A stretch of DNA of 64,000 bases from Eledone cirrhosa (lineage: Eukaryota), in assembly GCA_964016885.1 (NCBI GenBank), contig OZ024740.1, positions 124,744,001-124,808,000 of the forward strand. Direction: 5' to 3'. The translations under genes were made by a program, and so were the position numbers. Under the pieces are notes generated by a model that saw only the letters and a program-made list of their open reading frames with translations, was not told the DNA's origin and searched no databases. Positions 1 to 13,769 of the stretch are shown one piece after another (the first letter of the stretch is position 1; every line of letters starts with the position of its first letter).

Positions 1-22
1 GGAGTGAAAATTTAAGTAAGAA

Positions 23-63
<41 letters not shown>

Positions 64-609
64 ATTTTTTTAAAAAAATATTTTCTTATTTTACGTCCTT
101 TATATTATTGTTCTGCATTCTCCTGCATTGAACCACCTAGGTACTATGACATAACCTGTGTATTTGCTGGCATGGGCGTGCATCTGTGCGCTTATGTTAG
201 TTGATATATTAAATTATCTATATTTATCTCCAAATCACTGATTTGTCGAGCAAACTTGTCAAAACCACTTCTAAAAAAATTTTTTTTTTTGGGGTGTTAG
301 TAGGCGTCAGTCATCTTACCATCCCATTCCTTCTAACTAGCCTCTGTGTCACGTGATTGATTCTTTAGAATCGGCCATTTGACTTGAAGCAGTGAGAATT
401 TCGGTACATAGAATTCAGTCCTCGCAAGCTGTTCGATCTACCGAATTATTATTATTTTTATATGAGCCGCCAGTGTCCGCGCATTGCCTGGAGACTTAAC
501 TGAGAATAGACTTCCTGATGACGCAATGAATTCTCGACAGTTGGATTACATAACTGTCTTTATCCCATTGCAGAAACTAATTAGTTGGAGTGAAAATTTA
601 AGTAAGAAA

Positions 610-651
<42 letters not shown>

Positions 652-690
652 TTTTAAAAAAATATTTTCTTATTTTACGTCCTTTATATT
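1..690 (+). repeat. Tandem non-coding repeat, period 586 bp, carrying a hammerhead (retrozyme/PLE pseudo-LTR); probably continues upstream of the window
   Basis: ggagtgaaaatttaagtaag...tttacgtcctttatatt occurs at 1 and again at 587; the second copy ends in a (TA)n tract. Confidence 0.75.
510..591 (+). ncRNA. Type I hammerhead ribozyme
   Basis: acttc CTGATGA c gcaatg..[gacagtt/aactgtc hairpin]..cattgc a GAAA ctaattag TT ggagt. Stem I acttc/ggagt; palindromic stem III; predicted cleavage after 586 (GUU). Confidence 0.8.
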
Positions 691-731
<41 letters not shown>

Positions 732-998
732 ACATATATTTATAAATATTTATATATATATACATTTTATATATATAAATACATTTATATATAAGTATGT
801 ACACGTACATACATATATGTTTACCGACGTACAGTAGTATGTATATATATATATACATACATGCACACATATATATATGCACGTATGGATTCACCGAACA
901 TTTATTATAATGCTCGGTGTGTTTGTAAACAAACATCCCGTATTAAGCCGTAGTGTCTAGCGACCACCGTTGCTCGTTTGTTCAACACTGACAAAGGA

Positions 999-1041
999 AC
1001 GCTGTACTAGTTTCAAGCTTGTTAGCTATCGTCAGCAACGT
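999..1041 (-). ncRNA. Minimal type I hammerhead ribozyme (family A)
   Basis: Reverse complement reads acgttg CTGACGA tagct aaca agctt GAAA ctag TA cagcgt. Confidence 0.85.
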
Positions 1042-1624
1042 ATACCTTCCTGCCAGATTGTTGAACGTATATACTTACCTTATGCATATTAACGGCTGAG
1101 TAGCCCAATTTGCATATCGAGTGGGTTAATCGGCCGGGTGCACCGAAAACGATAAACGGAAAAAATGAAACGATATTTCATTTCCCACTCTTAGTACGGC
1201 TGTTACTTAAATATAAGTATGTACACGTACATACATATATGTATACCGACGTACAGTAGTATGTATATATATATATATATACATACATGCACACATATAT
1301 ATATGCACGTATGGATTCACCGAACATTTATTATAATGCTCGGTGTGTTTGTAAACAAACATCCCGTATTAAGCCGTAGTGTCTAGCAACCACCGTTGCT
1401 CGTTTGTTCAACACTGACAAAGGAACGCTGTACTAGTTTCAAGCTTGTTAGCTATCGTACTAACAGCCGTACTAAGAGTGGGAAATGAAATATCGTTTCA
1501 TTTTTTCCGTTTATCGTTTTCGGTGCACCCGGCCGATTAACCCACTCGATATGCAAATTGGGCTACTCAGCCGTTAATATGCATAAGGTAAGTATATACG
1601 TTCAACAATCTGGCAGGAAGGTAT

Positions 1625-1667
1625 ACGTTGCTGACGATAGCTAACAAGCTTGAAACTAGTACAGCGT
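1625..1667 (+). ncRNA. Minimal type I hammerhead ribozyme (family A)
   Basis: acgttg CTGACGA tagct aaca agctt GAAA ctag TA cagcgt; intact core, GUA site. Confidence 0.85.
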
Positions 1668-1959
1668 TCCTTTGTCAGTGTTGAACAAACGAGCAACGGT
1701 GGTTGCTAGACACTACGGCTTAATACGGGATGTTTGTTTACAAACACACCGAGCATTATAATAAATGTTCTGTGAATCCATACGTGCATATATATATGTG
1801 TGCATGTATGTATATATATATATACATACTACTGTACGTCGGTATACATATATGTATGTACGTGTACATACTTATATTTAAGTAACAGCCGTACTAAGAG
1901 TGGGAAATGAAATATCGTTTCATTTTTTCCGTTTACATTTATATATATATATATATATT

Positions 1960-4900
1960 GCAGGGTAGGCTGCTCGCTCGGTGAAATGTAACGTACTAAT
2001 GCTATTTCTTCACTCTTCTCTCCATTTTTTATTCCCTGGTCCATTCATCTATAGGTATCATTTCACCCAGAATCTAATCTTTGCTTCTTCAATGATATTC
2101 GATAATTCTATCGGATTGTTCAAAACAATCTTCTTGTATTTTTTTTAAATTCCCATAATTCTTCTCTTATTAATGTTATGTATGGTTTTTAAATTATGCC
2201 CCAAATTCTAGGATTTCATTTAAACATCCTCGCTAACTACCCCATATCCCTCCCACCCGCCTCCACTCACCACCATTATTACGTGGGTCAAACATAAGTC
2301 AGCGGCCTATGCTATCACTTCTTAAGTTTAGACCTGGTTGCCTTTCGATATGATGGATGGACTACGGAATTCTGGAGAGTTTGAAAAGAAAAAAAATCTG
2401 GACACTCAGTGACAATGCCAAAGATAAAGACAAATTCACCCCATGCTGCCGGACGAGAATGCAAGGACTCCTCCTCTTTGTTTCGGCCGCGGATGGCTAA
2501 CATAATCCCATACCCCCCCCCCCCCCCTGCACCCCACCGTTCCCACCCTCCAAACGCAATCCAAAACTTCAGAGTTGGTACCAAGAATGTAAGCACCTTA
2601 AAAGGTCTCTCTAACGAGGTTGTAGAAATGGTTGTGCGTAAGGAGGTCGATGTTTGCTGTATTGAAGAGACCAGGTGTGGGGGTGGGTCTGCTAGATTCA
2701 TTGTGGGTAAAGAACGATGCTATAAGCTTTTCTTGGTGGGAAATGACAATGGGCTGGGTGGAGTAGGAATCATGGTAGCAGAAAAGTGGGCAGATAAGAT
2801 AATAGACGTAAATAGAGTGAACGACAGAATAATTAAAATAGAACTACTGTGACAATAATATCTGCATATGCACCACAATCCGGACTCCCTGGCGTTATAA
2901 AAGACAGATTCTATGAGACGTTAATGCTCACTACCTCCAAAATAACCGACAGTGACTACATAGTTATCGCTGGCGACCTAAATGGTCATGTAGGACAACA
3001 TTGTGACGGCTATGACGGAATCCATGGAGGCTATGGGTTTGGTACTAGAAATGAGGAAGGCTCCAGAATCCTGGAATTCTGTGACGCAAATAAGCTAACT
3101 ATCTGTAACACTAACTTCAAAAAAACGAGACAATCACTTGGTCACCTATAGATCAGGGGAACACACCAGCTAGGTAGATTATATCCTTACCAGAAGACGT
3201 GACAGAGTGTCTGTGTAAACACTAAATCCCTCCCCCATGAAGAATGCACCTCTCAACATAGACTCATAATTAGCGACCTCAAAGTCAGGACGAGACGTAC
3301 TCGACAACAGAAGAGGACTATCCTCAGGAGAAAAATATGAAAGCTAAAGGACGCCACAGCCAGTAATAAATTTAAAAGCATATTACTTGATGCTTTTGAT
3401 AGTAAGTAAGAGCAATTAGAGTCGTACAATATAGAGGAACAGTGGGAATTCCTGAAAGCTAACCTGCTGAAGGCGACAGATGAAATCTGTGGCTGGAGCA
3501 GACCTATAGGCAGGAGGAGAGTAACTTGGTGGTGTAACAGTAAGGTGGAGGAGTCAATCAAGGCCAAAAAGGAGGCTTAGAAAGCATGGCGGGATGGGGG
3601 GAGTAGAGAAGACTTTCAAGTGGCCAGGAGGGAAGCTAGGAGACAAGTGTACTTCGCAAAAAGGGAAGCAGAGGAAAGAAAGTTCAAGCATGTTCTACAA
3701 CGCGAGGACCAACAACGTGAGGTGTTCAGGATTGCTAGGCAATGTGTTAAGGAAAACCGTGATATTGTCGGGGTGAAGTGTGTCCTTAATGATGATGGTG
3801 TACTTGCCATCACTGACGCTGAGAAGAAGGTAGCATGGAAGTGTCACTACGAAAGGCTACTAAATGAGGAGAATAATTGGGAGAAAGACAGTCTCCCCCA
3901 CATCGACCCAATAGAGGGACCAGCAGTACAAGTTGAAGGTAGTATAATAAGTAAGGCGATCAAAGACATGAAGACGGGCAAGGCGGCCGGGACTTCGGAA
4001 ATAGTTGCTGAAATGCTGAAAGCATCTGGAACGGTGGGACACACTATGGTCACTCGGATAGTAAACCATGTCATACAGAATGGGGTCGTTCCGAAGGACT
4101 GGCGCAGCAGCATCATCATTAACTGCTACAAGGGTAAAGGTGATGCCCTAGATAGGGGAAACTATAGAGGCATTAAATTAATTGACGAGGTCACAGAAGA
4201 AGTAATAGCACAACTAATCAGAGAGCGAATTGATCTAGACGAAATGCAGTTCGGGTGTGTGTCAGGTAAAAGTACAACAGACGCTCTCTTCATTGTACGA
4301 CAACTACAGGAGCAGTACCTAGGTAAAAGTAAACCCCTATACTTAGCCTTTCTTGACTTGGAGAAAGCCTTTGACAGAGTACCCCGCTCGATTATCTGGT
4401 GGGCACTTAGAAAACTAGGTTTTGATGAATGGCTTGTAAGAGCTATACAAGCCATGTATAAAGAAACAGTCAGCACGGTTAGAACTAACAACGAATATAG
4501 TGAAGTGTTTAGAGTAAAAGTTGGTGTTCATCAGGGCTCCGTCCTTAGGCTCCTACTATTTTTTTTGCCCTTCAGTCTATAACAGAGGAGTTCAAGACCG
4601 GTTGCCCATGGGAACTCCTATATGCAGATGATCTAATGCTCATATCTGAATTAATGGCTGAACTAGAGAAGAAATTCCAAACAAGGAAGCATGGCCTAGA
4701 ATCAAAAGGCCTTAAAATTAACCTGTCGAAGACTAAAGTTCTAGTTTGTAGGAAGGAAAATAGGGCAGTGGTCCCATCTGGGAAAGGGCCATGCCCAGTG
4801 TGTAGGAAAGGAGTAGGCAGAAACTCCATTTTATGTCCCAAATGCAAAGTATGGGTGCATAAAAGATGGAGTGGGATCACAGGTAAGCTAACTAAGAACA

Positions 4901-5931
4901 TAGATTTTATATATGGCCGGTGCTCAGGTGCAATAAGTAGCAGCAAGTGCCCACAGAATACTAGCACATTCCATTGCACAGATGGTTCTATAGAAATATT
5001 GGACACCTTCCGTTACCTGGGTGACAAAATCAGCAGTGGTAGAGGGTGCTCTGAAAGTACAGTAGGTAGAGTCAGAACGGGATGGAAAAAGTTCAGAGAG
5101 CTTATACCCCAATTGGCCACTAAAGGGTTCTCTCTAAAAATGAAAGGCAGGCTGTATGATGCCTGCATACGAACAGAAATGTTACATGGCAGTGAGACTT
5201 GGGCATTGTGTGCAGAGGATCTACGCAGACTCGTTAGGAACGAAGCTTGCATGCTCCGTTGGATGTGTAATAGTAATATACGTGAACGGCAAAGCATAAA
5301 TGAACTAAGGGAAAAATTAGGAATAAGAGGAATCAGATGTTGTTTACTCGAGAGAAGACTGCGTTGGTATGGTCACGTGATGCGTATGATAGACGATAGC
5401 TGTATAACAAAGTGCAGGGCGATCAAAATAGACGGTAGCCACGGAGTAGGTAGACCCAGAAAAACCTGGGACGACTTGATAAATTCCGACCTCACACACT
5501 TCTCCAAGACAATGTCACTGGACCGAGATCTTTGGCGCCACACAGTAATACAGAAGACCCACCTTGCCTAAGTACAAAGCGAAACCTACAGTCAGTAGGC
5601 ACCTCTAACAAAAATGCAGCCCCACCCCATCCACACCACCACTTTCGATGTAAAGTTATGTTTGTACCACAACATCCAGTCCGAATAAATGAGGTCGTGT
5701 AGGTGTCACGACAAAAAAACACACAGTCCACGCTGTAATGTGGCCAAGTAGGTAACACCGTAAAAACCTCCCATTCCACACTGTAAACGTGGCTGGAAGG
5801 GCATCCAGCCGTAGAAAACCCGCCAGACAGTCCTATACGAGCAAGACAACCAATCTTGCCTCTATTCGGAAAATTCCCCTCCAAACCCATACAAACGTGG
5901 AAGATGGACGTTAAACGATGATGATGATGAT
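1960..5931 (+). mobile_element. RTE-clade LINE, near full length, disrupted by stops and frameshifts (APE endonuclease + RT + PHD-like finger)
   Basis: APE motifs (DVCCIEET, SAYAPQ, GDLNGHVG); RT motifs (YRGIKL, QFG, DLEKAFDRV, GVHQGS, tatgcagatgat=YADD at 4621); RTE C-terminus RRLRWYGHV..GRPRKTW; (GAT)n tail. Confidence 0.95.
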
Positions 5932-6447
5932 AAAAATATATGTTTTATGTAATTCCGAAGATAAAGCAAAGGAAAAAACGTGTGCTCTGTGTATAGAACA
6001 GAGCTATAAATATATTTTGTTGTTGAAAATATGTGCTAAAGGCAAAGGAAAAACGAGTGCTCTATGTATTGAACAGAGCTCTAAAAATATTTTGTTGTTG
6101 AAAGTATGTGATAAAGGCCCAAGATGCTTAAAATAAGAGAGAATGTTCAGAAAAAGATGAAGTCAATAAGTGAATAATATAAGTGTAAAATAAGTCTAAA
6201 AACAATAAAGTAAAATAAAAAAAAATAAGTGTTGAATATGTAAAAAAGTTCAGGGTGTTTAAAATAAGAGAGAGTGTTCGTGGTTAAAATAATAGAGAGT
6301 GTTCAAGGTAAAAGTAAATGAAGAAATGGATAAACTAGGTATAATATAAAATAAAAGTGTTGAAAATATGTGGTTAAGGGCCAGGTTGGTAAAAATGAGA
6401 GATAATGTTCAGGAAATGATCAAGTCAATAAGTGAATAATATAAGTG

Positions 6448-6642
6448 TAAAATAAAATAAAATAAAATAAAATAAAATAAAATAAAATAAAATAAAATAA
6501 AAATAAAATAAGTATTGAACATTTAAAAAGGGTCTTTAAAAAAGGGAGAGTGTTCGTGGTAAAATAAGAGAGATTTCTCAAGGTAAGCGAAATGAAGTTG
6601 TAGTTCCTGTTTGTTTGTTTGTTTGTTTGTTTGTTTGTTTGT
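6448..6642. repeat. (AAAAT)n and (GTTT)n microsatellites within a degenerate A-rich minisatellite
   Basis: Seen directly. Confidence 0.8.
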
Positions 6643-9186
6643 TCACGAACCCCTCCTATGGTGTTGGAGATAGACCCCTATATATGGAGACATTTGGAGA
6701 TAGACCATATATATTCTGAAACTACATTGCCCAGGGTACTTGGATAAGTATATTTCATTTTAATCAAATGGTTCCCGCTGAAAACCCCTGATGAAAATTG
6801 TTTCCCCTCGATTTATATGAAATTTAAACCATAGGTTTATGGTGCATATTCACAAAAGTTTTTAATTGATATTTTGATAAAAATTATTTACAAGAAACAA
6901 AATAAGAATAAGATTTAATAAATGTAATTTTGATTTGATATATTACAAAAAATAATGTTTTCCAATTTTTCATGCATTACATTTTACATTGAGTAATATT
7001 GAAATGCAGAGTTTTTCTCCATAAATTATATCACTGATTTAAAAGCAATCATTATTTTCTTTCAAAAAAGGTTAACTTTGCCTTTCATCCTTACGGGGTC
7101 GATAAAATAAAGTACCAGTAATGTACTGGATAATTGCTGGCCTTGTGCCTAATGTAGAAACAATAATTTTCTTACAAAAAAGCAATAATTATTTTCTTAC
7201 AAAAAAAAACGTGTGAAATGCAGCAAGGCGCGGGTAATTCAGCTAGTATATATATATATATATATGTATGTATGATCATGAAGACACATAATTTAGTGGG
7301 CAGGGTGTTCAGATCAGGATCATTAGGCTGTTACTTTGATACATGGTGATGGGTCGAATCCTTTAACAAGACACTTATTTTTCATTGCTCCAGTTGACTC
7401 AGCTGGAAAGAATGTGTTGCAGCTGTAATTCAGAGGAGTCAACCTTTTCACACCCTGTATCATTCTGAATCTCCCTGAAAACTAAGTTAAGGGGTGGAAC
7501 TATGTGAAAGTGGACTGCTCAGCTACATGTATCTTAAGTTCATGAGCCAGGTGTTCCATTGTTCACATAACTGGAAGACTCTTCAGAACTGACAGAGGTC
7601 CAATACATGTATGTATCTATGTATGTATGTGTGTGTGTATATATGTATGTTTGCATGTATGTATGTTTATATGTATGTATGATGTATGTATGTTTGTATG
7701 TATGTATATATATGCTAGCGTGGAAGATGGACGTTAAACGATGATGATGATGATATGTGTGTGTTTGTATGTATGAATGTATGTATGTATGCATGAATGT
7801 ATGTATGTATATCTTAGTCTTAGATTCTTCTGCACCGTTCGGCACATCGAGCAGTAAGTACTCGCCAACGGTCACGATCAGCGGCAACTTTTTCGAGACC
7901 GTGCCAGATGATGTTGGATGACATCAGGTCCTTCCGGAACGTTTATATGTATGTATTATGTATGTATGTATTTTGTCTGTATGTGTGTGTGTGTGCATTT
8001 GCCTCAATTGAAGAGTTTGTAAGCATAGGTAAATATAGACTATACAGTTAGGACTGTAACTGTACTTTAAAGCCAAGTGCAAGTCATGGTCATAATTGAA
8101 GCTTGTTGGATATCATTGGCTATGTCTGTTCAACTCAGTTGAATAAAATTAGAAGTGATCAATGTATATAAAAATAGAGGGTATGTAGTAACATTTATAA
8201 TAAATATCAACAATAGAGCTGAAGGAAAAATACCTCAGTAGTGCATACTCTATGTTAAGTACACATTCAGTAGATTTTCACATACATAATTTATTGAGGT
8301 GAATAATTTCTATTAAATGAGATTATCCTTTTCAATACAAGACAAAACTTCCATTCAGTACTGTTCAAAATCTGAAATCAAGTAAACATCCTTAGAATTT
8401 TACTTTATTTCATGTCAGTTAAAATAACCAATTTTGGATGATGTTGTTTAGTACACTCAAACCAAACTCTGCTCTCTTTTTCTTTTTCCAGTGATAACAA
8501 TTTCCAGAATTATATGATTCTAATGTGTTAATCAAGAATCATTTGGTGCGGATGGAATTGTTTTGTTCAGTTTAAATACAAACACCATGACACATTAAAG
8601 TCTCCAAACACCGACAACCAAGCCTGATTCTCCAAGGAAATCAACATTAACAGTGAAAATGTCTTCTTGATTATGTCATCCTCCATGAAGGGATGTTATT
8701 GCATTGCTTTTTTATCATGTTTATTTTCAAGATGTCTCCCTTGGATTATTATCATAAAGTGTTTTCTCTATAATACAGGTGGGGTTTGAGGAAGATTAGA
8801 TCTTGGTTAACAGATAATCGAGTTTTGCTGAGCTAACTACTAACGCATCCATGTGTGGGTGTGTGTGTGTGAACATGTGCTTGGGCGTATACTCCCCCCC
8901 CCATGCTTGGGCGTATACTCCCCCCCCCACGCACACACTCATGTATATATATATATATATATACATATATATAATGTCTGTATACTTCAATATAAATGCA
9001 TTGTATCATCAGATCCCAAATCAGTAATTTGACAATTTCCCTGGTATGTGCATTATTTACAATCAAATTTCATAATGACCTTGCAGATAGCAATTTTAAG
9101 ATGCATCCAATCACATACTAGCCAATGAAACATATATTGGAATAAACACTATTGTATAGCTTATCTGTGTTAATCTTCATTCATTC

Positions 9187-9247
<61 letters not shown>

Positions 9248-9252
<5 letters not shown>

Positions 9253-9627
9253 TATGTATACGTACATACATATATGTATACAGACGTACAGTAGTATGTA
9301 TATACATACATGCACACATAAATATATGTACATATGGGTTTACCGAACATTTATTATAATGCTCAGTTTGTTTGGAAGGTATATGATGCTGATGACAGCT
9401 AATAAGCTAGAAACTAGCTCATCGTTCCTTTGTCAGTGTTGAACAAATAGGGCAGCGATGGTTTCTGAACACTGTACGGCTAATAATTCGGGGTGTTTGT
9501 TTACAAACAAACCGAGCATTATAATAAATGTTCGGTAAAACCATACGTATATATATACGTGTGCATGTATGTATGTATATACATATTACTGTACATCTGT
9601 ATACATATATGTATGTATGTATACATT
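9248..9627. mobile_element. Family A retrozyme array, left part, interrupted by the RTE; HHR copy at 9383-9425 has a mutated NUH site
   Basis: Minus segment then plus segment; atgatg CTGATGA cagct aata agcta GAAA ctag CT catcgt. Confidence 0.75.
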
Positions 9628-12600
9628 TTTGTTATGCTTGTTAAATTATGCCCCAAATACGAGGACTTTATTTAAACTCTTAATCTCTGGTCCCTCCTAT
9701 CTTCACCCCCCCCCCTCTATATCATGCTGGTTCGCCTCCAATACCTTCCGCTCTCTCCAAATATAAAATAAATCCTTTGAAAGTACGAAACTCAGAAACC
9801 GCCAACCCTATTTCAGGCTAGGCTGCAAGCACGGTGAAATGTAGCGTACTAATTGCTATTTCTTCACTCTTCTCTCCATTTTAATTCCCTAGTCCATTCA
9901 TCAATCTGTATCATTTATCCAAGAATCCAATCCATGTTGCTTTTCTATTCGATAATTCTAGTGTACTTTTCAAAACAAATCTTGTATTTCAAAACAAATC
10001 TTGTAATTTTTTATGCTTGTTAAATTATGCCCAAAATACGGGGATCTTATTTAAACCTTAACCTTCTCGCTAATTACCCCATACACCTCCCACCCTCCCC
10101 CAACACACCACCATTATTACATGGGTCAATCATAAGTCGGCGGCCTATGCTATCGCTTACCTGGTTGCCTTTCGATATGATGGATGGACTACGGAATTCT
10201 GGAGAGTTTGAAAAGAAAAAATATGGACACTCAGTGACAATGCCAAAGATAAAGACAAATTCACCCCATGCTGCCGGACGAGAATGCAAGGACTCCTCCT
10301 ACTTGTTTCGGCCGCGGATGGCTAACATAACTCCATCTCCCCTCCCCGCAGCCCCACCGCTCCCGCCCTCCAAACGCAATCCAAAACTTCAGAGTTGGTA
10401 CCATGAATGTAGGCACCCTAAAGGGTCGCTCTAACAAGGTTGTAGAAATGCTTGAACGTAAGAAGGTCGATGTTTGTTGTATTCAAGAGACCAGGTGTGG
10501 GGGTGCATCTGCTAGATTCATTGTGGGTAAAGAACGATATTATAAGCTTTTCTTGGTGGGAAATGACAATGGGCTGGGTGGAGTAGGAATCATGGTAGCA
10601 GAAAAGTGGGCAGATAAGATAATAGACGTAAATAGAGTGAACGACAGAATAATTAAAATAAGACTTGTCCTCAATAGAACTACTGTGACAATAATATCTG
10701 CATATGCACCACAATCCGGACTGCCTGGCGTTATAAAAGACAGATTCTATGAGACGTTAATGCTCACTACCTCCAAAATAACCGACAGTGACTACATAGT
10801 TATCACTGGCGACCTAAATGGTCATGTTGGACAACATTGTGACGGCTATGACGGAATCCATGGAGGCTATGGGTTTGGTACTAGAAATGAGGAAGGCTCC
10901 AGAATCCTGGAATTCTGTGACGCAAATAAGCTAACTATCTGTAACACTAACTTCAAAAAACGAGACAATCACATGATCACCTATAGATCCGGGGAACACA
11001 CTTACCAGGAGACGTGACACAGTGTCTGTTGTAAACACTAAATCCCTCCCCCAAGAATACACCTCTCAACATAGACTCATAATTAGCGACCTCATAGTCA
11101 GGACGAGACGTACTCGACAACAGAAGAGGACTATCCTCAGGAGAAAAATATGGAAGTTAAAAGACCCTACAGCCAGTAATAAATTTAAAAGCATATTACT
11201 TGATGCTTTTGATAGTAAGTAAGAGCAATTAGAGTCGTACAATATAGAGGAACAGTGGGAATTCCGGAAAGCTAACCTCCTGAAGGCGACAGATGAAACC
11301 TGTGGCTGGAGCAGACCTATAGGCAGGAGAAGAGTAACTTGGTGGTGGAACAGTAAGGTGGAGGGGTCAATCAAGGCCAAAAACCAGGCTTGGAAAGCGT
11401 GGCGGGATGGGGGAAGTAGAGAAGACTATCAAGTGGCCAGGAGGGAAGCTAGGAGACAAGTGTACATCGCAAGAAGAGTAGCAGAGGAAAGAAAGTTCAA
11501 GCATGTTCTACAACGCGAGGACCAAAAACGTGAGGTGTTCAGGATTGCTAGGCAATGTGTCATGGAAAACAGTGATATTGTCGGGGAGAAGTGTGTCCTT
11601 AATGATGATGGTGTACTTGCCATCACTGACGCTGATAAGAAGGTAGCTTGGAAGTGTCACTACGAAAGGCTACTAAATGAGGAGAATAATTGGGTGAAAG
11701 ACAGTCTCCCCCACATCGACCCAATAGAGGGACCAGCAGTGCAAGTTGAAGGTAGTATAATAAGTAAGGCGATCAAAGACATGAAGACGGGCAAGGCGGC
11801 CGGGCCTTCGGAAATAGTTGCTGAAATGCTGAAAGCATCTGGAACGGTGGGACACACTATGGTCACTCGGATAGTAAACCATGTCATACAGAATGGGGTC
11901 GTCCGAAGGACTGGCGCAGCAGCATCATCATTAACTGCTACAAGGGTAAAGGTGATGCCCTAGATAGGGGAAACTATAGAGGCATTAAATTAATTGACCA
12001 GGTCACAGAAGAAGTAATAGCACAACTAATCAGAGAGCGAATTGATCTAGACGAAATGCAGTTCGGGTGTGTGTCAGGTAAAAGTACAACAGACGCTCTC
12101 TTCATTGTACGACAACTACAGGAGCAGTACCTAGGTAAAAGTAAACCCCTATACTTAGCCTTTCTTGACTTGGAGAAAGCCTTTGACAGAGTACCCCGCT
12201 CGATTATCTGGTGGGCCCTTAGAAAACTAAGTGTTGATGAATGGCTTGTGAGAGCTATACAAGCCATGTATAAAGAAACAGTCAGCAAGGTTAGAATTAA
12301 CAACGAATATAATGAAGAGTTTAGCGTAAAAGTTGGTGTTCATCAGGGCTGTCCTTAGCCCCCTACTATTTATTATTGCCCTTCAGGCTATAACAGAGGA
12401 TATACGCAGACTGGAGAGAAACGAAGCTTGCATGATCCGCTGGACGTATAATAATACGTGAACGGCAAAGCATAAACGAACTAAGGGAGAAATTAAGAAT
12501 AAGAGGAATCAGATGTTGCTTACTCGAGAGAAGACTACGTTGGTACGGTCATGTGATGCGCATGAAAGACGACAGCTGTATTAAAAAGTGCAGGGCGATA

Positions 12601-13280
12601 AAAATAGACGGTAGCCACGGAGTAGGCAGACCCAGAAAAACCTGGGACGACTTGATAAATTCCGACCTCACACACTTACACCTCTCCAAGACAATGTTAC
12701 TGGACCGAGATCTTTGGCGCTACACAGTTATACAGAAGACCCGACTTGCCTAAGTACAAAGCGAAACCTACAGTCAGAGGCACCTTTAACAAAATACACT
12801 CCCGTCCCACTACCCCCACCCTATCCACAACACCCCCTTAAATGTGAAGTTATGTTGGTACCACAACATCCAGTCCGAAACAAATGAGGTCGTGTAGGTG
12901 TCACGAAAAAAAAACACACAGTCCACGCTGTAATGTGGCCGTGTAGGTAACACGGTAAAAACCTCCCAGTACTTACTGTAAATGTGGTTGTTGTTGGGAA
13001 GAGCACCGAGCCGTAGAAAACCCGCCAGACAAGTAGGTGTCACGACAATAAAACACACAGTCCACGCTGTAATGTGGCCGTGTAGGTAATACGGTAAAAA
13101 ACCTCACAGTCCACACTGTAAACGTGGTTGGTGTTAGGAAGGGAATCCAGCCGTAGAAAACCCGCCAGACAGTCCTGAGCAAGACAACCAATCTTGCCTC
13201 AAGTGGGACAATTCCCGTCCAGACCCATGCTAGCGTGGAAAATTGACGTTAAACGATGATGATGATGATGATGATGATGA
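9628..13280 (+). mobile_element. RTE-clade LINE copy 2, with a ~630 bp internal deletion and a duplicated 3' UTR block
   Basis: ORFs 10403-11017 (APE), 11358-11963 and 12056-12358 (RT); (GAT)n tail; candidate TSD tgtatacat at 9619-9627 and 13281-13289. Confidence 0.93.
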
Positions 13281-13756
13281 TGTATACATACTTATATTTA
13301 AGTATCAACCATACTAAGGGTGAGAAATGAAATTTCATTTTTTCCATTTATCGTTTTCGGTATGCCCGGCCGACTAACTCACTCGATATGCAAATTAGGC
13401 TGCTCAGCCATTAATATGCATAAAGAAAGTATATACTTTCAAACGTTCAATTGACTGACAGAAAGATATACGGTGTTGATGACAGCTAATAAGCTAGAGA
13501 CTAGTTCATCGTTCCTTTGTCAGTGTTGCCAAACACTGTACGGCTAATAATTTGGGCTCTTTGTTTATAAACAAACCGAGCATTTTAATAAATGTTCGGT
13601 AAACCCATACTTACATATATATATATATATGTGTGCATGTATGTATGTATATACATACTACTGTACGTCTGTAAACATATATGTATGTACGTATACATAC
13701 TTATATTTAAGTATCAGCCGTACTAAGAGTGAAAAATGGAATTTCATTTTATCCAT
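13281..13756 (+). mobile_element. Family A retrozyme array, right part; degenerate HHR at 13470-13512
   Basis: Resumes the unit interrupted at 9627; acggtg TTGATGA cagct aata agcta GAGA ctag TT catcgt. Confidence 0.75.
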
Positions 13757-13769
13757 TTATATATATATA

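Larger units (their letters stand above)
791..1935. mobile_element. Family A retrozyme array (~427 bp unit), inverted arrangement in (TA)n
   Basis: Minus-oriented units 791-1458 (period 426) abut plus-oriented units ~1460-1935; both outer ends join TA-rich tracts. Confidence 0.8.

Noticed and set aside
670-936. Many YIYIYI/CVCV/MMMM/HHHH ORFs here and throughout the window
   Set aside because: They are translations of (TA)n, (TG)n and (GAT)n microsatellites and of retrozyme units, not genes
6780-6810. CTGATGA at ~6788 (also at ~39183)
   Set aside because: No properly placed GAAA, stem III or stem I partner
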